From Chiloscyllium plagiosum (Eukaryota), in the NCBI RefSeq assembly GCF_004010195.1, contig NC_057720.1:1890418-1928750 (forward strand): a stretch of 38,333 nt of DNA, read 5' to 3'. Each line of letters starts with the position of its first letter. Position 1 is the first letter of the stretch. The notes below the pieces were generated by a model. The model was not told where the DNA came from and made no database searches. It saw only the letters and a program-made list of their open reading frames with translations. The position numbers and the translations under genes were made by a program. Shown here in pieces: positions 33,810 through 38,333 of the stretch.

Positions 33810-36107
33810 GATGTAAGCTTGCTCGCTGAGCTGCAAGGTTCATTTTCAGATGTTTTATCACCATACTAGGTACCATCGTCAGTGAGCCTCCGGATGAAAC
33901 ACTGGCGGTGTAACCCAGTTTCCATTTATGTGTTTGGGTTTCCTTGGGTTGGTGATCTCATTTCCCGTGGTGATGTCATTTCCTGTTCTTTTCTCAGGGG
34001 ATGGTAAATGGGATCCAAGTCAATGTCGATAGAGTTCTGGTTGGAACGCCATGCTTTTAGGAATTCTCATGCGTGTCTCTGTTCAGCTTGTCCTAGGATG
34101 GATGTGTTGTCCCAGTCAAATTGGTGTCCTTCCTCATCCATATGTGAGGATACTAGTGAAAGAGGGACATGTCTTTTTGTGGCTAGTTGCTGTTCATGTA
34201 TCCTGGTAGCTAGTTTTCTGCCTGTTCGTCCAATGTAGTGATTGTTACAGTCCTTGCATGGTATTTTGTAAATGACATTAGTTTTGCCTGTTGTCTGTAT
34301 AGGGTCTTTCAAGTTCATTAGCTGCTGTTTTAGTGTGTTGGTGGGTTTGTGGGCTACCATGATGCCAAGGGGCCTGAGTAGTCTGACAGTCATTTCCGAG
34401 GTGTCTTTGATGTAGGGGAGAGTGGCTAGGATTTCTGGACGTGTTTTGTCTGCTTGTTTGGGTTTGTTGCTGAGAAATCGGCGGACTGTGTTCGTTGGGT
34501 ACCCATTCTTTTTGAATACACGGTATATCCACAGTATTCAACACATCACGTTTCTACAGATTCCCCAAAATTCACAAACCAGGAGTGCCCCCTCAGACCC
34601 ATAGTCTTGCTATTTGAAACACCAACCTACAGACTGGCCAAGGAGCTACACCAAAGACTAAAACACTGAGTAGAAGACTCACGCCACTCCGTCCACTCCA
34701 CCCAAGAAATCCTGAAGACCATCAAAGACACTAAGATAGAAGATGATGGAATAATGTTCTGCTTTGATGTAACAGCCCTGTTCACATCCATCAACATCAG
34801 CCTGACTGCACTGACTACACTATTAGAAGACTCAAAGACACGTACACCAAACACCACCAACTTCATCAGAAAGGACAATATCGTCAATCTAGTGGGCCTA
34901 TGCTTTACCACTCACTTTACCTTCAACAACAAAGCCTACAGACAAGCCAACGGAATACCCGTGGAATCTCCGATATCAGGGTTCTTAGCAGTAATGCAGA
35001 GATTCAAACAAATAGCTCTGCCAACCATCCAACCCAAACTTTGGGTCCGCTACATGGATGACACCTTTGTCATCACTAAACAAAACAAATTAGAGGAAAC
35101 CTTCAAGACCATCAATAATACCCTTGCTGGCATAAAATTCACGGAAGAGGAGGAAAACAACAACAAACTGCCATTCCTGGATGTTACAGTAGAGCGAACA
35201 GCCAATGGGGAACTTCAAACCAGCGTCTACAGGAAAACAGCACATACGGAACAAATACTGAACTACAGAAGCAATCATCCCAACATCCACAAACGAAGCT
35301 GCATCAGAACATTATTCCAACGAGCCAACACACAATGCAGCATAGAGGAACTACGCAGAGCAGAGGAAAATCACCAATATAGTATATTCAAAAAGAACGG
35401 GTACCCAATGAACAAAACACATCCAGAAATCCTAGCCACTCTCCCCTACATCAAAGACATCTCGGAAATGACTGCCAGACTACTCAGACCCCTTGGCATC
35501 ATGGTAGCCCACAAACTCACCAACACAGCAGCGAATGAACTTGAAAGACCCTATCCAGACAACAAGCAAAACTAAGGACATTTACAAAATACCGTGCAAG
35601 AACTGTAACAAACACTACATTGGATAAACAGGCAGAAAACTAGCCACCAGGATACATGAACAGCAACTAGCCCCAAAAGACATGACCCTCTCTCACTAGT
35701 ATCCTCACATACGGAAGAGGAAGGACACCACTTCAACTGGGACAACGCATCCATCCCAGGACAAGCTAAACAGAGACACGCACAAGAATTCCTAGAAGCA
35801 TGGCATTCCAACCAGAATTCGATCAACAAACACATTGACTTGGATCCCATTTACCAACCCCTGACAAAAAGCACAGGAAATGACATCACCCTAAGAAATG
35901 ACGTCATCACAGGAAATGAGATCACCAACCCAAGGCAACCCAAACACATAAATAGAAAGTGGGCTACACCACCACTGCTTCATCTGGAGGCTCATTGATA
36001 ATATTACCTAGTATGGTGACGAAATGTCTGAAAACAAACCTTCCAGCTCAGTGAGCAAACCTACATCCAGGATCTCAACCTGAGCTGCAAATCTTCTCAA
36101 AACTCAC
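33810..36107 (+). mobile_element. Penelope-like retroelement: inverted 5' copy (33810-34518), RT and GIY-YIG, pLTR with tail
   Basis: FYRFPKIHKPGVPLRPIV, CFDVTALFTSI, WVRYMDDTFV, LPFLDVTV and VYRK (RT). NVIYKIPCKDCNNHYIGRTGRKLATRIHE (GIY-YIG, inverted copy). Confidence 0.92.
34543..35860 (+). pseudogene. Decayed PLE RT-endonuclease ORF
   Basis: ORF 34754-35575 plus flanking frameshifted segments and stops. Confidence 0.85.
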
Positions 36108-36730
36108 TTTACGGAACTGTGTCAACACCTTAACTTTTAACTTCTCATGCCTTCATTCACACTCTATCATGGCCCTGCCGCCAGCACCAACCTGACCTCC
36201 TGAAAACCCATTCCCTGTTTCTCTAACCTCTGCCAGCTCGACAACTTCCTGTGAACTCTTCCTTCTGAATCCCTTTCCCAATCCTCATCAGTTCTCTGAT
36301 TTCTCTCTCTGTCCTACTTTATATCACTTTTTAGAATTTGATCCTTCAACCGTGTTCACATGTAGAAACGTCTCCTTGTGTGGCTATATGCCAGAATTTT
36401 GCCTGATTTACACTCCTGAGAAGTAAAACTTTACAGTTTGAAAGGTGGTATAAAAATGCAGATTGTTGTTGTTGAAGGCAGGCATGTTGGCCTTACCTCG
36501 GTGAGTGGAACATCACCACTGGGCGCACACCTCGCTTTTGTGCTCGGAATGAGACCACTCACTTAAATTTTGTAAAAGTAGGCATTTTCACAGAATACCG
36601 GGCTGGCTGGATGTGTCTAGACAGGGGCAAACAGGAATCCCAGCCTGCGACAGAACACTATCACCTGCAAGTTCCTCTCCGAGCCACTCACCATCCTAGT
36701 TGGGAAATATATTGTCGTTCCTTCAGTATC

Positions 36731-37036
36731 ATAGAATCCTGACAGTGTGGAAGCAGGCCCATTGAGTCCACACCACTCTTCTTAAGAGCATCCCATTCAG
36801 ACCCACCCACTACCCTGTCCCTGTAACCCTGCTAGCCCACATACTTACAGGGCAATTTAACCTTGCCAATCCACCTAATCTGCACATCTTTGGATTGTGG
36901 GAAAAAAACGGGAGCACCCGGAGGAAATCCACGCAGACACGGGTAGAATGTGCAAACTCCACACAGAGGGTGACCCGAGGCTAGAATCGAATGCGGGTCA
37001 TTGGCACCATGAGGCAGCAGTGCTAACCACTGAGCT
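36731..37036 (-). mobile_element. HE1-like SINE inserted in an L2-like 3' end (36650-37210, plus strand)
   Basis: GCTCAGTGGTTAGCACTGCTGCCTCA on the minus strand. Flanks carry GLQRFKKAAHPHLVKGQ and the L2-like tail. Confidence 0.8.
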
Positions 37037-37929
37037 CTGTATTTCTGGGTCACAATCTTGGAATTTCCTCCCTAAGAGCATTGTGGGTCTACCTAGAGCA
37101 CATGGACTGCAGCGGTTCAAGAAGGCAGCTCACCCCCACCTTGTCAAGGGGCAACTAGGGATGGGGCAATAAATGCTGACCCAGCCAGCGATGCCCACAT
37201 CCCAAGGATGTGTTGGTTGGGTCAGTATTGGCATTATATACTTGCTGCATCGCGATGCCAATGTTAACCCAACCAATGAGCAGCCTCTTATTATTACATG
37301 TAGAATGGTCACTCCTTTTTCCAGCCCTGTTTCTCATCCCCTCATCATGGAGAATGCAAGGAGAAAAGTTTCAAGTTAAATTTCTACAGGAAGGGAGGTG
37401 AGCTTTCTGCCCTCTCAAGGATAGAAAAGATTCCACAGCTGCCCCTGAGTTCAGGGGAGAGGGTTCACCCTGGTGTCCCGGTCAAGACTTATTCCTCACA
37501 GTGAGGACTGCACTGGATACACTCTCCAGTCAAAACCTGCACTCACATTTCTGACATTATAACAGTGCTTCTGCTTTCTCAAAGTCTCACTGGCTATTCT
37601 GCACTCTGCCACAGCCTGAGGTTGTGACCAGTGCTTTAAAAATACAAGTACTGCCTTTGAAAGGCTAAGCCTGCAATTTCACAGGGTGCTCTGAATATTG
37701 CAACTGGGCATTGGTACAGCATCTGTCAACGCTTTCTGGAGGTGGATCTCACTGACAAAGAGCCACTCTGACATTCACTGTCACTCCACTGCGTCTCTTG
37801 GTCAGTGAGCACGTTGTTTCAGCATCATTTCCACTTTGTTGGAATGAAAGGAAATGTATTGACCGATCCGGAGTGTGGAGGGTGTTTGTCAGTTTGTTGA
37901 GAATGTTGCGGTCACAAAGAGGCAGATAA

Positions 37930-38333
37930 CCTAGGTTTGCTAGCACTCTTCGGGGGGGTTTAAACTAATTTGGCAGGGGGATAGGATCCGGACTTGTCGT
38001 CCAGCAAGGAGGTTAGCTGTTTTTCAGGATGTCCAAGAATGTAGGGAGGCTGTGATGAAGGTAGCACTGACAGGGAATACTTGCGGACACAGAGATGGGC
38101 TCAAGTGTGTATCTGTCAACGCAAGAAGTATCAGAAATAAGGTGGGTGAACTTAAGGCGTGGATCGGTACCTGGGACTACAATGTTGTGGCCATCACGGA
38201 AACGTGGATAGAAAAGGGACAGGAATGGTTGTTGGAGGTTCCTGGTTACAGATGTTTCAGTAAGATTAGGGAGGGTGGTAAAAAAGGAGGGGGTGGCGTT
38301 GCGAATTAGAAATGGTATAACGGCTGCAGAAAG
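37930..38333 (+). mobile_element. CR1 LINE ORF1 end and ORF2 endonuclease start (runs off window)
   Basis: GGGTTTAAACTAA ORF1 end, then LKCVSVNARSIRNKVGELKAWIGTWDYNVVAITETW. Confidence 0.9.

Overview
Repeat-dense vertebrate genomic DNA, most likely a cartilaginous fish (shark), judged from HE1/V-SINE-like and DeuSINE-like SINEs, CR1, L2 and Rex1/Babar LINE fragments and Penelope-like elements (PLEs). It includes one 536-N assembly gap. I see no intact host protein-coding gene. The long ORFs are decayed retroelement ORFs or artefacts of 27/33/44-bp tandem repeats. Highlights: (1) A solo-LTR-like element is split at its TATA-like motif ATAAACAGGAGTGT by a 3.4-kb non-coding tandem insertion that contains 12 copies of that motif. 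This repeat-spacer-like array suggests repeated target-specific retrotransposition into an LTR promoter. (2) About a dozen minimal hammerhead-ribozyme motifs occur, some in tiny TSD-flanked or palindromic insertions. (3) A candidate HNF1/forkhead-driven promoter lies at about 13.6-13.8 kb, with possible minus-strand exons. (4) A 259-bp templated insertion appears to have been copied from 5.4 kb away. (5) Two tandem repeats appear to have arisen from transposon-internal sequence. Family names come from recalled motif similarity, not from database searches.
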